A stretch of DNA of 64,000 nt from Botryllus schlosseri. Its lineage: Eukaryota. The translations under genes and the position numbers were made by a program. Each line of letters opens with the position of its first letter. Position 1 is the first letter of the stretch. Below are positions 43,201 to 58,200 of the stretch, piece after piece. The notes beneath the pieces were generated by a model. It did no database searches. It was given only the letters and a program-made list of their open reading frames with translations, and was not told the DNA's origin. Location: the NCBI GenBank assembly GCA_051294905.1, contig CM119385.1, positions 8,990,001-9,054,000 on the forward strand, read 5' to 3'.

Positions 43201-46200
43201 AGGGTTGCAACATTCTATCAACAACCGTTACTAAATTTTGTTTTTGAATTGCTTTCAGGCATTAATTTGGGAAATGTTTTTGTCCTCAAATCTGTTTTAC
43301 TGTAATGTGTGCATTGATTCATTGCACAAGGCTAATTTACGGTCTCAAGTAATCTTTGATTGACTAATGGAAATCCTGTGGATGAACTATGGTGATTTAT
43401 TTTGATTCTTTAGTCATGTTACTTTCAATCAAACATGGATGCAATTTGGATTAAGATCCTGATTCATGATTTGCGTTCCCTGACATGGTGCGGAGCGATA
43501 ACAGTATTCATTCGGAATTTTTCCAGGGTCTTGTCGAAACTGCCAACCTACAGTCGGTAGCTCAATTGGAGGATTTCAAAGGCACAATTGAATGTGACGT
43601 ACCTAATCGTCATCTGTATGAATTCAAGGGCAATATCGCTATCGGAAGTGAGAGGTTGGTTTGGATCTTTGGCATTTTTCACGGGTCTTTCTCGGTTGAT
43701 TTATGTGAAATAAGAATATAATATACGATTGCATATTGAATTGCGTAAAAAATTTGAATGAATATTAGGGCAAGTTTTGGCAACTTTTTTTACAGCTTCC
43801 GGCAGCTGCCTAAATACTCAGTTATGTGGTATGGCGTTTTAAGCTGTTTGGAGGATTCTTATTTTGCAACTTTTCTCCATTTTTTATATTTTTCATGAAA
43901 CTTTTTTCAACTTTTTCCTATTTTTCATGCAAATATTTGCAACTTTTTCTATTTTTCATACGACCAACTTTTTACTGGAAATATTTGGCACCATATGTAA
44001 GTAGATCGCTGAATTATTCCACTGTTGGTCAAATTTGAGGTCCTTTCTGGTTAGACATACATTCAGGCTAGATCGCCGAAAATTGTATTTTCGCAGGTCG
44101 ATTTTTTTAGGCTGTTCATTTTGCTGAAGTCGACAACACTCAGTTTTGCTACAGTGCCTCGGATATGGATCGGTTCTAGTGTCTCATAACAGTCATAACC
44201 CAATAATTTCAAGGATCTTGTCCATAAATGAAACTTTGTAGTGCAACTCTTGTGACAAATGAATGCAACTTTCCACGGATTTGACTGCAACAGAAACTAG
44301 CTCGCATTGATCATGATTATAATGATGAACGAATGATGATTACAATCAGTGACATCATATTTGGTGATATAGCTGTTAATTTACAAAGTTCTTTCGAACT
44401 CGTTACTAGTGGGTGACGATTATACACTGATGAGTGTCAGCTGAAAATATATATATATGTTTTTATTTCAATATGAGTAATTGTGTGTGAAGTTCCATAC
44501 CTCCAAGAGCCAATTCAAGGCCATAATAGCTGTAACCACTTGAAGTTTTATATCTGCGTTGCTTCTTTTGCAATTTCTGGAATATCCGAACTCATCAAAA
44601 CGAACTCCATATTCTTATTCTGTTTCATTGAAATATCATCAAGTCTCTGAATCAACATTTGCGTCAGACCAATGTACCGATGTTATCAGGAGTGGTCATA
44701 ATTTTTATCAACACCATTACATTGTAGGGCTATCCCGGTGGGTAGCGATCAAATTCTACTGCGCGGTGCCATGCTGCGGAACACACAATGGGTATTCGGA
44801 ATCGTGGTCTATACCGGGCACGAAAGCAAGCTGATGATGAACGCAAACCGCGCCCCACTCAAAATGTCCAACGTGGACCGTACTACAAATATGCAGGTGG
44901 GAGCGTTGTTTTAGAATGCCAGTAGCATTTCAAGTTAATGATGTCATTGTTAGACCATGACGCTATGCATAGTTCAGTTTTTATTGCCAAGTGTCCTTGA
45001 AAGATCATTGAAAGATCATTGTGGTGAATCGATCTTGATAATTTTCTCAAGAGCATTCGATATATGATAGGCAATACGCAATTACTCCTTTTCTGGAGTG
45101 GTGTCATTTTAGCAAATGCGGTCTTCATCGTGATAACGGTTCGTTCCAAATAGTTGAATATCTTGAAATCACATTTTTCAATCTCAAGAACTGCCATGTA
45201 TTTAGAGAATGAATTGTGGTGTATAATAGCCAATATTCGACTACCATTGTGGTTAAGTCAGTATGTTATAATTGTAAAAAAGTACACTGCTTTCGCAAAG
45301 CTCTTTGATGATGATATGAACAGATTCAATTTCCTGATTTGATCAAATTTATGATCGTATCATTTTGATTTGTAATTTTTTCTGTGTCGTCTGTGTGATT
45401 GTTTATGATCATTTTTTTCAGATTTGGTTTTTACTAATCATACTTATCGTTATCTCTCTCATATCTGCAATTGGAAGCGAAGTATACAAAAATACGTCTC
45501 TTAAAAGCGCTTGGTACCTGCCAAACAGCGGCGGTAAGTCGTGGAATTTTGGGCAGCAATTCCTGCAAATCTAAAGAATTTTAACCACTTTCAGGGTCAG
45601 AGGCGAGACATTTTTTCTTTGAACTGTTGACTTTCATTATTCTATACAACAATCTCGTACCTATTTCACTTCTGGTGACGTTGGAGGTGGTGAAATTCGT
45701 TCAGGCCATCTTCATCAACTGTGTAAGTGGCACGGCGTGTGTGTGTGTTATTCTGTGTTCGATGACTAGTGTAATCTGTCGTAGGATATCGAGATGTACG
45801 ATCCTGAATCGGACACGCCCGCCATGGCCAGGACTTCGAATTTGAACGAAGAATTGGGGCAAATCAAGTATATCTTTTCTGACAAAACCGGTACGCTGAC
45901 AAGGAACGTGATGATTTTTCGGAAGTGCTCTATAGCCGGAGTCAAATACGGGTAATTACTTGACGTGTGATATATCCTTTGCGTTTTCTCGACACAGCGT
46001 TTTTGTTACGATACTTTTTGTGTTGGTGTCGCATTTGTTTCAAAACACCTTCATCTCCAGCCGCGACCCCGCGACGCGAGGTACTTGCGTTGATGATGTG
46101 TACGACTCGGACGAAGAGTTGGAGTAAGTTTCCGTCGCGCATGCGCTGTTTCTTGGATGTAATTCTCTAGAGATGTGAAAACGTGTGTGCTCTTGTTAAT

Positions 46201-49200
46201 TGTACTTGTGAAGTCTGAAGCGCGAGTACATGCAACGCAATCGTGTTGGAATTTACTCGGTAGATGGGGTTCGTCACGCTGTATCTAACATGGTTTGGCA
46301 CAAGGGTCGGGAGTGTATGTGCTCTGGAATTTTAGTTTTTTGATGTTTTGTGACTCTTTTACAAGGGTGGATACTTTATAAATTTTTACTGAATTTTGAA
46401 ATCTTATGAAGGTCACTGAGCGTTAGAGAGAATTTGCATTTACTCTTACTCCCGACTCGTTTCAATCGAAATAGAGAATCCTTCTTTGACAAATCGCAGA
46501 ATGTGTCCCGCCATTGGCTGTGACTGAACCGTGAGCCCCGGTCTTCACAGATTTGTATGATATGTAGTAATGATTACCGCTCAATGATGGTATCATTAAT
46601 TTAATATCATAACGCGCCGTGGTTTGGTTCACTTTTTTCATGCTACCAGACACCACTCGCAAACTTCTGCATTTCTTTCAATTTCAACTTCAGCGTCTAT
46701 AGTTCAATATTACTACTTCAATGCGGCGATAATTTCCTATATGCCTCATGTTAATCTGATGTAAAATGAAAAGTGAAATTTATGCTAATAGTAATAGCTA
46801 TAAATCGGATGGTTTCTTGAATCTAGCATGTGCTCATTGTGCTGTTGGTTGAATACGTTTTAGAGATCCCTGTGGGCTGCATGTTTCTCTAGTGCTAGTT
46901 CACTGCATATGTCCTGCTGAATGTGGTTGTACGCCAAATAAATCAACTAACCCATCATCTTGTTGTTAATGGTAGACTTGACATGTAGCGTGGATTGTAG
47001 CAGTAACTTTGATAACTTTTCAGTTGTGTTGACACATATCTATACACAAGTTATAATGACTAAGGGTTTCCAAGTTTGCATGCGTGACAATAAATATTTG
47101 GACATGCGCACATAAATGCGATTTATTGTTGACCATAAACATAAAAACACATGTAGTAAACAGCAATTCTCTGTCAGGAAATTGAGCAGTCCCATTTCTC
47201 AAACTGTTACAACTAGTCTGCGGCACTTGACTTGATAGGATACCCAACCAGTGTTAATGATTATCTTGTATGCAATTTAACATGATATTTCATTAACTTG
47301 ATGGGTTCATCTGGATGGTTGATGATTTGTGATTTCAACAACAACATCTTATCTTCTGGGCAATCCTTGAAATTGTGGTCTAGCTTGATTTGAAATCAAA
47401 TCTTCTCAATAATTGGTAATATTATGATTGGATCATAAGATGATATCCCCAATCCATCGTAATTTTTCTTATAAATCTCGTTTGATGATGATGTGAGAAC
47501 ATTAAATTATTCATCAATCTGCTTTCTGAATCAATTGTACTAAATCATTAATTTTCGCAGTGTGAAACGTTGGTCATTCGTAATTCATTTCCATACCCTG
47601 CGAGTGTACGTTGCAAAAATTTCATGATCGAGTCAATTTAAAAAAAAGTGTGGACGATGCATGTTATCATATCATTGTACAAGTCATGTGTGTACGTGCT
47701 CGTCTGTATGCATTGTGAAAGAAGCTGTCATCTTATTAGATGAGTAGATGGTTACCAGATCTACTCGTGTGCCTGCTTTTGTCCGTCATACTTTTGTTTA
47801 CTGCAAGTTGAAGTCACTTGAATATTTGGATTAGAGCCCTATCCTATCCCTATAATAAATATTGAATCAATACTGATCTAACTGATATAACACAATTTTT
47901 TCTATAATGCCTACAATTGTTGTGAATATCAAAATTTGCTATTGCTATATTTCAACTCTGTTCACAGGTTAAGGACCATTGGGTTGGGCTAGCTAGAGCA
48001 CACTGTCATAATTATCTAATCTATCAATTCAGATTTTCTTTGTCTGCGACCATGAGTTCGTAATGTGAAATATCGGGATTGACTACTATGTGTTGAAAAG
48101 AGTAAAAATGTTATTTAACAATAACATGGCATAAATAGATCAACTAAACGTTGTCAGACTATTTTATGTGTGATTCTGCGTTTAAATATGGACCATAAAT
48201 ACCGAGCTAGTGCTATGAACCCACTCATGAACTGCTCAATTTTTTTCATTGATACAGAAGAGACGATGAAGGAGATCTATCGTTCAGCGATCCTAATTTA
48301 TTGGACATAATGCGTAGCGGGAAGGTAATGTCGAATGTTTTCTGGGTTGTTTTACTACTTCTTCTCTAATCCAATATTATTTTTCAGAATGGTTCAGAAG
48401 ATATCAGAGAATTTCTCACTTTGATGTCTGTTTGTCATACCGTTGTACCCGAAAGAGATCGAAGGCCCGACACGCCTCGGGTCGGTGTCAGGTGTGTTTG
48501 GTGATACTTCGCTCCTAATCGAGACATTGGATTGTACAGAGTTTTATGAAAGTTGTACGTCTGCCATTGTATCATATCCATATTTCGATTCAGTGGAAAT
48601 CTGTGCGTTTTTCGGTGAAGCTTATTTCATTTCGTCTGTAGATACCAGATTTGTGGCCCAGTATTGAAGAGTGCTTTCGTGACTAAATCTTTTAAGCATA
48701 TCGTCATATCAAAGTTATCTGCACACAATAGAAAGAATGTAACGAATTCAAATGAACACAAAATGTGGCGCAGTTTGTATCCCGACATTGGAAATTTGTT
48801 TCAAATCACAAACCATCTTGCAATATATGTGTTATGTCTACCGGCGTTTTGATTTTTGGCGGGTATTTCAGAAAACTAGCTACCGTATTTAATCATTGTT
48901 AATGGGCAGTGTTTACTTTCATCGCAACATCGATTGCAAGGATACATTTTGGGTGCCTCTTTATTAAGAGTTCTCGGCACGCTAAATATATTCAAATAAA
49001 TTCAGAAGTGAGTCCAATATGGAGCAAAGTTTGACGTAACAATCATAATTACGGACCATGAAATTTAGATTGTGACAAATGCAGCAACAAACTCTGAAGT
49101 ATGCTGTATAATAATATCAATGCTTAAGGTAACAACATAAGCAAACTAAACTAATTGTAAAGATTCTTTTTTCTGTACATTAGCTGGGATTGATTAACTG

Positions 49201-52200
49201 GATAGTTCTTTATTCCAACACTGTCCAATCCAACAAGAACCTACCTCTCGCAATGTCAGTTACAGTGAACATGTTATCATTATAGAGATTTTCAGTCAAT
49301 TATTGTCCAATCGATGAAGTATATGCAGAGAAATTGTATGAAATGTTTTCATTTCCTTCATTAGATATCAATCATCGTCGCCAGACGAACACGCGTTGGT
49401 CTGCGCCGCCCAGAAACTGGGTTACATTTTCACCGAGCGTACGCCTCAAACGGTAACGATCGACGCGGTAAGACTTTCACTCCTTTTCTCGTCTGTAAAT
49501 TCTCTCACCTCATTGCCGTATTCGTAGGACGGAACCCCGCAGACTTACGGGGTGCTGAACGTTCTGGAATTTACGAGTTCGCGGAAAAGAATGTCGGTGG
49601 TGGTGCGATGCCCGAATGGCGCGATACGACTTTTGTGCAAGGGGGCGGATAATGTGATATTCGAGAGGCTGTCTCCCGACTCGGCCCATTCAGGTACGGC
49701 TCGATTGATGTGCGGCTGAGATTGCTTTTTATTCGGCGATGGCTCATCGTTGCTGTATTACACTGAGTATGAACTTGTATTTGTCATTAAAAGCCTAATT
49801 TTAAGCCCTTTCAAACTTGTCATTGTGATTTTGTGGTAGATTCGAGATTTTGATTTGAATTGAATGTTGAATTCTGAATTTGAAGCTTGAAAGCAAAGGC
49901 TGGTTTTGACTTGAAATTAGGCAGGTCAATTATGCCTTTGTGCATTTGACTCACTTTCAGAGCTCAAAATTCATTCATTCGGTTGACAATGTTGACAATG
50001 ACAACAAACGCCTCGACATTGATGGGCTGATACTGTGTTCATTAATGGCATTACATGTCCCTGGTCTTGTGTGACAAAGAACAGGAGCCAGAGCTCGGCA
50101 TTTTGCTCAAACAAGCTACCTACAGATAAATCTGGTCTCGTGTCGAATTTGACTGTATTGACTTGACACCGTCTAGTTAGCAGAGGATCGGGTCCTGATC
50201 AATGCTCAATCTTTTATTACCCTTGTAAAGCAGCATCTTTGGTGTAATTGATCGGGAATGTGTGAATCTACATTGTTTCATGAATTATAGATACTACTAC
50301 CCGTCACCTAGAGGAGTATGCGTGTGAAGGGCTGCGCACGCTCTGCTTTGCGTACGCGGACATATCCGAAGAATTTTACAAGGTGAGTTTTTCAACGTGT
50401 CTATAGTGTTTGATCGCTGATCAGAAATATGTCAAATTGATAAAGGATTTTGGTCACAGAGATGTTATGGTTGTTTTTAGCCTACTCCCGGTTCTGCTTG
50501 AAAAATTTTTAGGTGAATGTATCTACTTTTTGTAACGTGGATTTTGAAAATTAGATAGTAGTTTTGTCATTAGAACCCTGTGAAAAAGACTCTGAATCGG
50601 GATAACTGGATGTATTTCTTTGAAAATTTTACCTTGTACACTGTCATTAGTCATTTTGTATTAGTCGAGAAGATGTATCACGCAGTTCCTAAAGAAGCCG
50701 ACACCTATTGACTGCAAAAAGTATATGAACTCTCGACCTAATCAACTTGTTAAAACTGCTTGAGTACGTCTCCGGCCTCTTCTTTGCACTTCCACTTATA
50801 GTGGTTTTGATATGTCTCGTGAATCGTCACTTCTACTTCTCTGTGAGTAGCAACCAGGGTTGTCATGACTCGAGTCGCAATTTTTTTACTGACTTAACTC
50901 GAGTCAATTTGTGTATTGACTCGACTTGTACTCGAGTCATTGCGCGTGACTCGACAAATTCCATCCATATCACCTATTCAAGTCTTTTATATCAGGAGCG
51001 ATGACTGAATTAAGTTTCTAGCAGGGTTGTAACCAAGTCACATAGGCTCCGAGTCACAAGTCAATCTCACTTTTATAGTTTTGACTCGAGTCAAGTCGAG
51101 TCATTTTCAATTCTCACCGAGTCAAGTCCGAGTCATCGTGCAGAGGTTCGAGTCCGAGTCATAGTATTATGACTCGAGTCCAAGTCATTCTGTTGACTGC
51201 TCAGTTTCCAGTGAAAATCTTGTTAAACCCACTTTTATAACTCTGTTTGGTGATATCAAATGATTTGCATTATAAGATACTAATTTTCCTCACTTTCAGC
51301 AGTTTCTGGTCGCATTTCCAAGTACTAGCACCAATAGACGAAGTGCTAATAGGGTAGGGCTAATAGGTAACGTTACTATTCTTTGAAATTACCATGAAAT
51401 GTCGGTCTCGGCCGTCTGAGTCTCGAGTCATATGACTTGGTTCGAGTCATGTGCAATGACTCGAGTCCAAGTCGAGTCAATACACAGATTGACTCGAGTC
51501 GAGTCATTTCCGTATTTTGAGAAAATGAGTCGAGTCATCAGAAAATCGTGACTGGTTTCTAGTTTATAGTGGGAAATAAGTTTATAGTGGGAATAAATGA
51601 GAAATTAAATAAATAAATGAATTTGAGGCCTTCAATTCCACCCAAAAATTTAATATAAATGAGTTTAACCAAACTCGATACCGAACAGTAGACACGGACT
51701 CCACTCGCTTCTCCCCGACTTGGACTCGGACTTGACTCGGTGGCGAATTGAAAATGACTCCACTTCGCTCGAGTCTAAACTATAAAAGTTAAATTGACTT
51801 GTGACTGGGAATCTTGTGACTGTTTAGTCTACGTCAATGTCTTCTTTTGCATACTGCCGGAAATCTGTAACGATTTACTTTTCTCCAGGAATGGAAGGAG
51901 GTCTGTTACAAGGCCAGCGTGGCTATCGAGGACCGAGACCAGCGGTTGGAGTCGGCGTACGAAAAGATAGAAAGAAACCTTCACCTGCTCGGTGCGTCAG
52001 CCATCGAGGACCGGCTGCAGGACGGCGTCCCGGAGACCATTTCGATGCTGTCCAGGGCCGAGATCAAGATCTGGGTGCTGACCGGGGACAAGCAGGAGAC
52101 CGCCATCAATATCGGATACTCGTGTAAATTGCTGGTGGACGACATGGTGCTCGTGGTTTTGAACGAAACATGTCTCGACGTGGGTATATAGCTGTGCGCT

Positions 52201-55200
52201 CATTAATTTGATGCTGTTTATCCGTCAAACTAGAGCTATTGTGCCCAACAAACGGTTGCGCGGTCCCGTTTTTCTACCTTTTGTCACACATAGTTGGTCA
52301 AATATCCTTGTGAAAATGCTGAATTAAATTTTTTTTATTCAGCAATCAATGCCATAATTCAGGTAGAGTAAAAGTTGATTGTTTCTTTAGTCTGTAGGTG
52401 CCCAAGAGGTAAAATAGTCACTGACGCACTGTTGTAAATGTCTGTGATCATAGCTATATTCAGTTGAGTAGTTCAGCATGTGTAGGCGACGCCAAAAAAA
52501 TTAATATAGTAGGCGGCATTTTGCGCCTGCGCAACCGGACCAAATGCTTTCTATCGTCAGGACGTGAGATCTAAAATTCGAGAAGAAACCGGTAAGATCG
52601 GCGTCGACCGAATGAAGAAAGACAACAACATCGGCCTTATCGTAACCGGCAGCACGTTGAAGCACGCGCTCTCCTGCAACCTGCAAAGCGAATTCTTGGA
52701 TTTGGCGATGTCTTGCAGAGCGGTTATTTGCTGCCGTGTCTCGCCGATGCAGAAAGCGGAAGTTGTTGAACTGGTGGGTGATCTGTTTGTATTTCTCAAG
52801 CACCTTGAATTGGTCCGCTAAAAATGCTGCTTTTTCAGTTTTGTGATGTAGTTCTGGAATTTGGGAACGCATGTTTTCCAAGATATGAACTTGAATTTTT
52901 CTTTAATTTCGATCGGTGTTGTTGACCACTATAATTCTGAACCATCACTCGAGTTGCAAAGTATATAACTTTTCACGAACTGGTAATGAACTCTCGCAGA
53001 CCAGAGGTTACTGGCCACTATGATAGAACGCCGACTTGCTCTGCGTGTCAAATTTTCTCGCATAGACGATGCCCCGAAAGTATTTTGGGTGCGATTATCC
53101 ATTTATCGTTCAACCAGGTCAAAAAGAGATGCGGAGCCATCACTCTTGCCATTGGCGACGGCGCAAACGATGTCAGCATGATCCAGGCCGCCCACGTCGG
53201 GGTCGGAATCAGCGGGCAAGAAGGCTTGCAGGCCGCCAACTCGTCCGATTATTCAATCGCACAGGTATTGGGGTGGAGGGGGTAGATTATTCGGGAAAGT
53301 TATACAAGTTTTTTTTTTCTTGCGTTGCAGTTCCGCTTTTTGAGGAAGTTACTTCTCGTGCACGGAGCGTGGAATTATAACCGCCTCGCCAAGTGCATTC
53401 TTTTTTCCTTCTATAAAAACATATGCCTGTATTTAATCGAGGTGAGTGATGTTGACTCTTTTCAATTTGTTCCCAATTTCCGACTAAAAATCTATTCTGA
53501 CGCTCTGCTGAATTTTTCGTAATGGTCACCTCATTGTAGCGTCATTTCAGCGATCGCGTTTTGATCAATGATATTTGTATCTGAACTCCGTACTTCCCAA
53601 ACATTGAGTCGACTGTTGTGGGTTTCTGCCGAGATGAGTCTCAAAACTTGGTATGGTATGTCACAACTGCACAGTTTCATGGTTGTCGCTTGGCAATCGA
53701 GGTAGTAATTTTGTTTCCGAATTTGAGCATTAGCTGATCCGCTGTATACCGCATGACAAATTGACGGGAAGCTGATGTTCGTCTGTATTGATTTTAACGA
53801 TGTTTCATAACGTAATCGGTCATGGGTTTGGCACGGTCTCAGTTAATTGTGATGTCTAGCACTGTGACAAGTTTCAAGGTTGGCATTCACTCAGTAGGGT
53901 AGTAATTTCGTTATGGAAGTAGAGCATTTTCATTTACCACGACCCGTCTAATTTACGACGTTTTATTCAAGTTCTGGTTTGCGTTTTTGAACGGCTTCTC
54001 GGGGCAGATCCTTTTCGAACGATGGACCATCGCTCTCTACAACGTGGTGAGTTACATTGGTCTGAAAGAAAATCGACTTTCGAAGCCACGAAGATGACGT
54101 TAACTCATTTTCATTCGTTCAGATCTTCACAGCCTTGCCTCCGTTCAGCCTGGGTATTTTCGAACGCACCTGCAGCAGCGAAAACATGATGAAGTATCCC
54201 ATGCTGTATTCAATCTCGCAAAAGGCGGTGAAGTATAACGCGCGCGTGTTTTGGAAAATGTTCGCCAATTCCGTCGTGCATTCGCTGATGCTGTATTTTT
54301 TCGCCAGCCTCATGGTCATGCAAGGTTAGTAGTTTAGCGTAGATTCTTGCCGATAATAGATGTGTTGATGGTACTAATTACCTATTCAAGGTATCAGAAT
54401 TTAATCTTTGTAATATTGATGTTATGCAAGAGTGAAGCAGCAAATAGAAGCCTTATTACAAAACATAAACAGACATGATCTGTAAAGACATACTTCGGGG
54501 TACTCGAATAAGTTTTGCGAAGTAGCACCACTTGCTCAAGTAGTTTTGTTTATCAACTTGACAGTTTTCGACTCAAATCCACAATTTACACTTAATCTTT
54601 TGAAAAAAGGTAGGAAGTAGTTGAGGGATTGGCTTGTGTCACTTTGAGTAAAATTAATTGGGCGAAATGGGGGTATTTTTTTTGTTTATTTATTTGTATT
54701 GTGGTAGCGAATTAATGTTCGAAAATTATTCTTTTAGTGTAGTCGTCAATCATTTTGCGTTGTCGCAAAGATACATCAAGTAATTTCAAAAGCAATGATA
54801 TCACTAAATGTATGCTACACCTTGACGAAATCTACTTTTCAACACTGCTTAGTACTTTTCGGATCTTTAGACGAATTGATACCTTCACCAGCATTTGGAG
54901 TTTGAAATCTTACTTTATTTATCAGACATTTCGTTCATCGAAGGCTGGGTCGGAGGCTATTTATTCCAGGGAAATTTTGTGTACACTGTGAGTACGGCCG
55001 CGGCGCCATCGATAGTGGATCGCGCTAATCTCGATTATTTTTCTCTCAGTACGTCGTCGTTACTGTCTGCTTAAAGGCGGGCTTGGAGTCGAGCACTTGG
55101 ACGTTGGTAAGTGTTAATGAAACTTTGATGAGTGTATCGCAGTTAGCGTGGGGCCTGATTCGATCTGAGTTGGGTATTAACCTTCAAGTTGACTACCACT

Positions 55201-58200
55201 CTTTATAACTTTGTAACGGTGTCAATGACAAAGCTCAAACGTGTATCTCTTTGTAGCCAATTGCACGACTGTGTAGATTTCCGGCAGCTATGAGATGAAC
55301 AAATATATAGTCTGCAAATTTGAAATGCCTGTGTGACAAGGCGTTACTTTCTCCTTTGCTTTCAGTTTACGCATCTTGCCGTCTGGGGCAGTATAGTTTC
55401 GTGGTTCGCCTTCTTCGGGATCTACTCGCACATATGGCCTGCCATTCCCATCGCGAGCGAAATGCTGGGCCAGGCCGACATGGTGTTCAGGTCGGCCATC
55501 TTCTGGATGGGGCTCTTCCTCATTCCGTGCGTCGTTCTGTCAAGGGACCTGCTGTGGAAAGTGTGCGTGTTTTGTTTCCGGCGAATTTCTGCTGGTTATT
55601 AATCCTAACTTTCCGTGTCTAGTCTACGTCGCACGGTGAAGAAGTCTATCGTCGAGGAAGTTCAAGAGCTTGAGCGGCAAGCCGGATCTAACCGGGGGAA
55701 TATCCTGGACCAAGCCCGATATAGGTAATTACTGTGTTTTCTGTGTCGTGTCGTAGCCGTCATTTGCCTGTGTTTTGAAGGTGGCTGTTGTGAATATTTG
55801 GAAATTACGACTGTTAAACAGGTGAAGGTATTACCGCGGGACAATCCGTAGTATGGCATGCCCTGATCGAGTTTGGATTGCCTCAAATTTGCGATGCCTT
55901 CTGCCAGGCTGATATCGTGTTATTTATCTAGCTCAGTGGTTCTTAACCTTTAGTAGCCTTGGTAACCCTTGCGCTGATCTGCGAACCTTCGGGGAACACC
56001 AAATTTTAAGTGAGTCACAAAAAAACAAAAATCGGCCACGAAATGTCCTATAGAATATACAGAATACGGGTGCACAAAATGATCTGTGCATCGGGAAAAG
56101 GTATAAAAGAACAAAGCCATTAAAATGTGATTTTAACACAAAATGAAAACAGGATAATGAATAATAATTATTGCTATTCCGTTTCAAAGTCCAGTGTTTG
56201 TAATGCGAGGCTACTCATAGTGAGTTGAGTGTGTGTATTAACCTCCAGCGGCACTCGTAAGACTGACTCAGGAAACTCTTGAGTTCCCAAGAACCGCAGT
56301 TAAAAACCACTGATCTACCTGTAAGAATTTAGAAATTATCGGTGGTGTACCGTAGTATAATGGTTGGGTGGCATCTTGCATGAAATCTTTTTTGTTAAAT
56401 CTGAATTCTTTTCTTATTTAGTTTTCAAGTGGCCGAAAATTGATTGATTATAGAGTAGATGGGACAGGGAAGTTATCTTTGCAATACCGGTTCAAATATG
56501 CGAAGTGATCAGACCCCAACTCGGACTTGCGTTACTCTATCCCCTGTGCTTAGCCGTCGAGTTTGCATTGACGATCATTTGAAATTTGTTCTATCACTCT
56601 TCCAGTTGACCTTGCCAGCTGGTGGGACGGATATCATTGCACTTTATTTTCTTGATTAGTTGTATTGTGTGGCTCTATATCAGTGCCGGTATTATTCGTC
56701 ATTTTGTGTTTATCAATGTTAATCACCGTCTCTTGCTTTTGTATGTCTGTAACAGTGGTTCCCAAACTTTTCGAGAAAATACACGAAATGGTCCCTCGGC
56801 AATATTTTTAATTGACTCGGGGTACCTTACAACACAAAACAACACCTTGGATTTTATGGTTTACATTGGGGTTGTTCTAAAATAACTTTTTTTCCGGACC
56901 CGGGGATTCGCTGATTAAATTGTTAGGTTGCCTAAAACAATGCTGACAACCCTAGTGTACATGTAATGGTTGTAGCTGATTTTATGCGGCCAGCTTGGCT
57001 ATGTTTGGTTGCGTTTTTGACAACGTAAGCCTAATATCGTTGCTCACATTCAACGGAATCAAATTCACATACAACCCTCAAAAACGCTAGTCCTTGACCC
57101 CCATCTGGTGATCAACCTAACCTCTAGGTGACGAAGCCTTCAACCTTACTTATCTTTATGGCTTATTTTGTCACTGCCCTTGATACATCCCATTCACGAA
57201 CGCGCCGAAATAGCGACCAACTAGTTTAGAAAAATCAGTGGGCAATTATTGTGTATTTAGAGTTTAGCATTCAATTCCGTCGATATTATCGATCATCTCG
57301 ATCAGATTTATTGGTAAAACGAATGTGCTCTAAATTTTAGGGCAAATATTTATACAGCAGTAGAAGCGGAGTTATGTGAGTTTTTCGTTGATAAATCGCG
57401 GATTATCCACCGATCAAGGATAATCTGAGGATTATGATCGAAAAACTCACATAACTCCGCTTCTACTGGTCGGAATTGACTCAAATTTGTTTTGCAGCGT
57501 CTTTGAAGACAGCCCAACAATTTCATGAGGTTGGCAGAAAAATTTGGAAATTTTTTTTTCAATTTTCCATAATAAATTAAAAATTTTAATTGGATCTGCG
57601 GAGTCCTATACTTGTTAGAATCGAACCAAATTTGGTGTGCAGCGTTTTTTATGGTAACCTGACAATTTAATCAGTGAATGGCTGGAATCCGGGAAAAAAG
57701 TTATTTTTGAACAGCCCTGCTGTCTATGTCTCGCAGTTAAGACTTCACAATTTTTAAGCTTTTTGGATTCAGGCGGTTCGTAGGTTTGTTGAAGCATGGT
57801 GTTTTTTTGTGAAGGTAATGATTGTTGGATTTGTCGCTACTCGAAAGATATTGGTATCCCTCGCACATTCCAGACCAAAAAAAATATACGGATCCTTATC
57901 AACACAGCATTATTTCCCTCCGCTGATCGCATTTGCACAGCGCGAGGCACAGATATCAAAGACTTGACTATTTGGGGCCAGTTGTTTAGGGGCCTCGACA
58001 TATCAATATGGAGGGCAAGAAATGTAGTGAATTTCAATTTAAATAATTTGAAGCGCGACTAAAATTTATTTTCTAATAAATGAAAATGCACCAAAATACC
58101 TTATGTTGAGTAACGAAATAATTTTGGGGCACGTTCGTGTTTAGTTCAGACAATCTGTCTTCTGGAAATTTTTACATTCTAGGAATCCGAAATTCAAAAA

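Noticed and set aside
45972-45980. U12-type AT-AC donor ATATCCTTT
   Set aside because: It lies 20 nt inside a normal GT-AG intron, and using it would add an in-frame TAA.
48640-48720. Mutually exclusive partner of the YQSSSPDE exon (acceptor followed by YQICGP...)
   Set aside because: Similarity ends after two codons and the essential SPDE motif is absent.
50855-51830. GACTCGAGTC palindromes as CRISPR or REP-like repeats
   Set aside because: Irregular spacing, mirrored arms and a eukaryotic intronic context fit subterminal transposon motifs.
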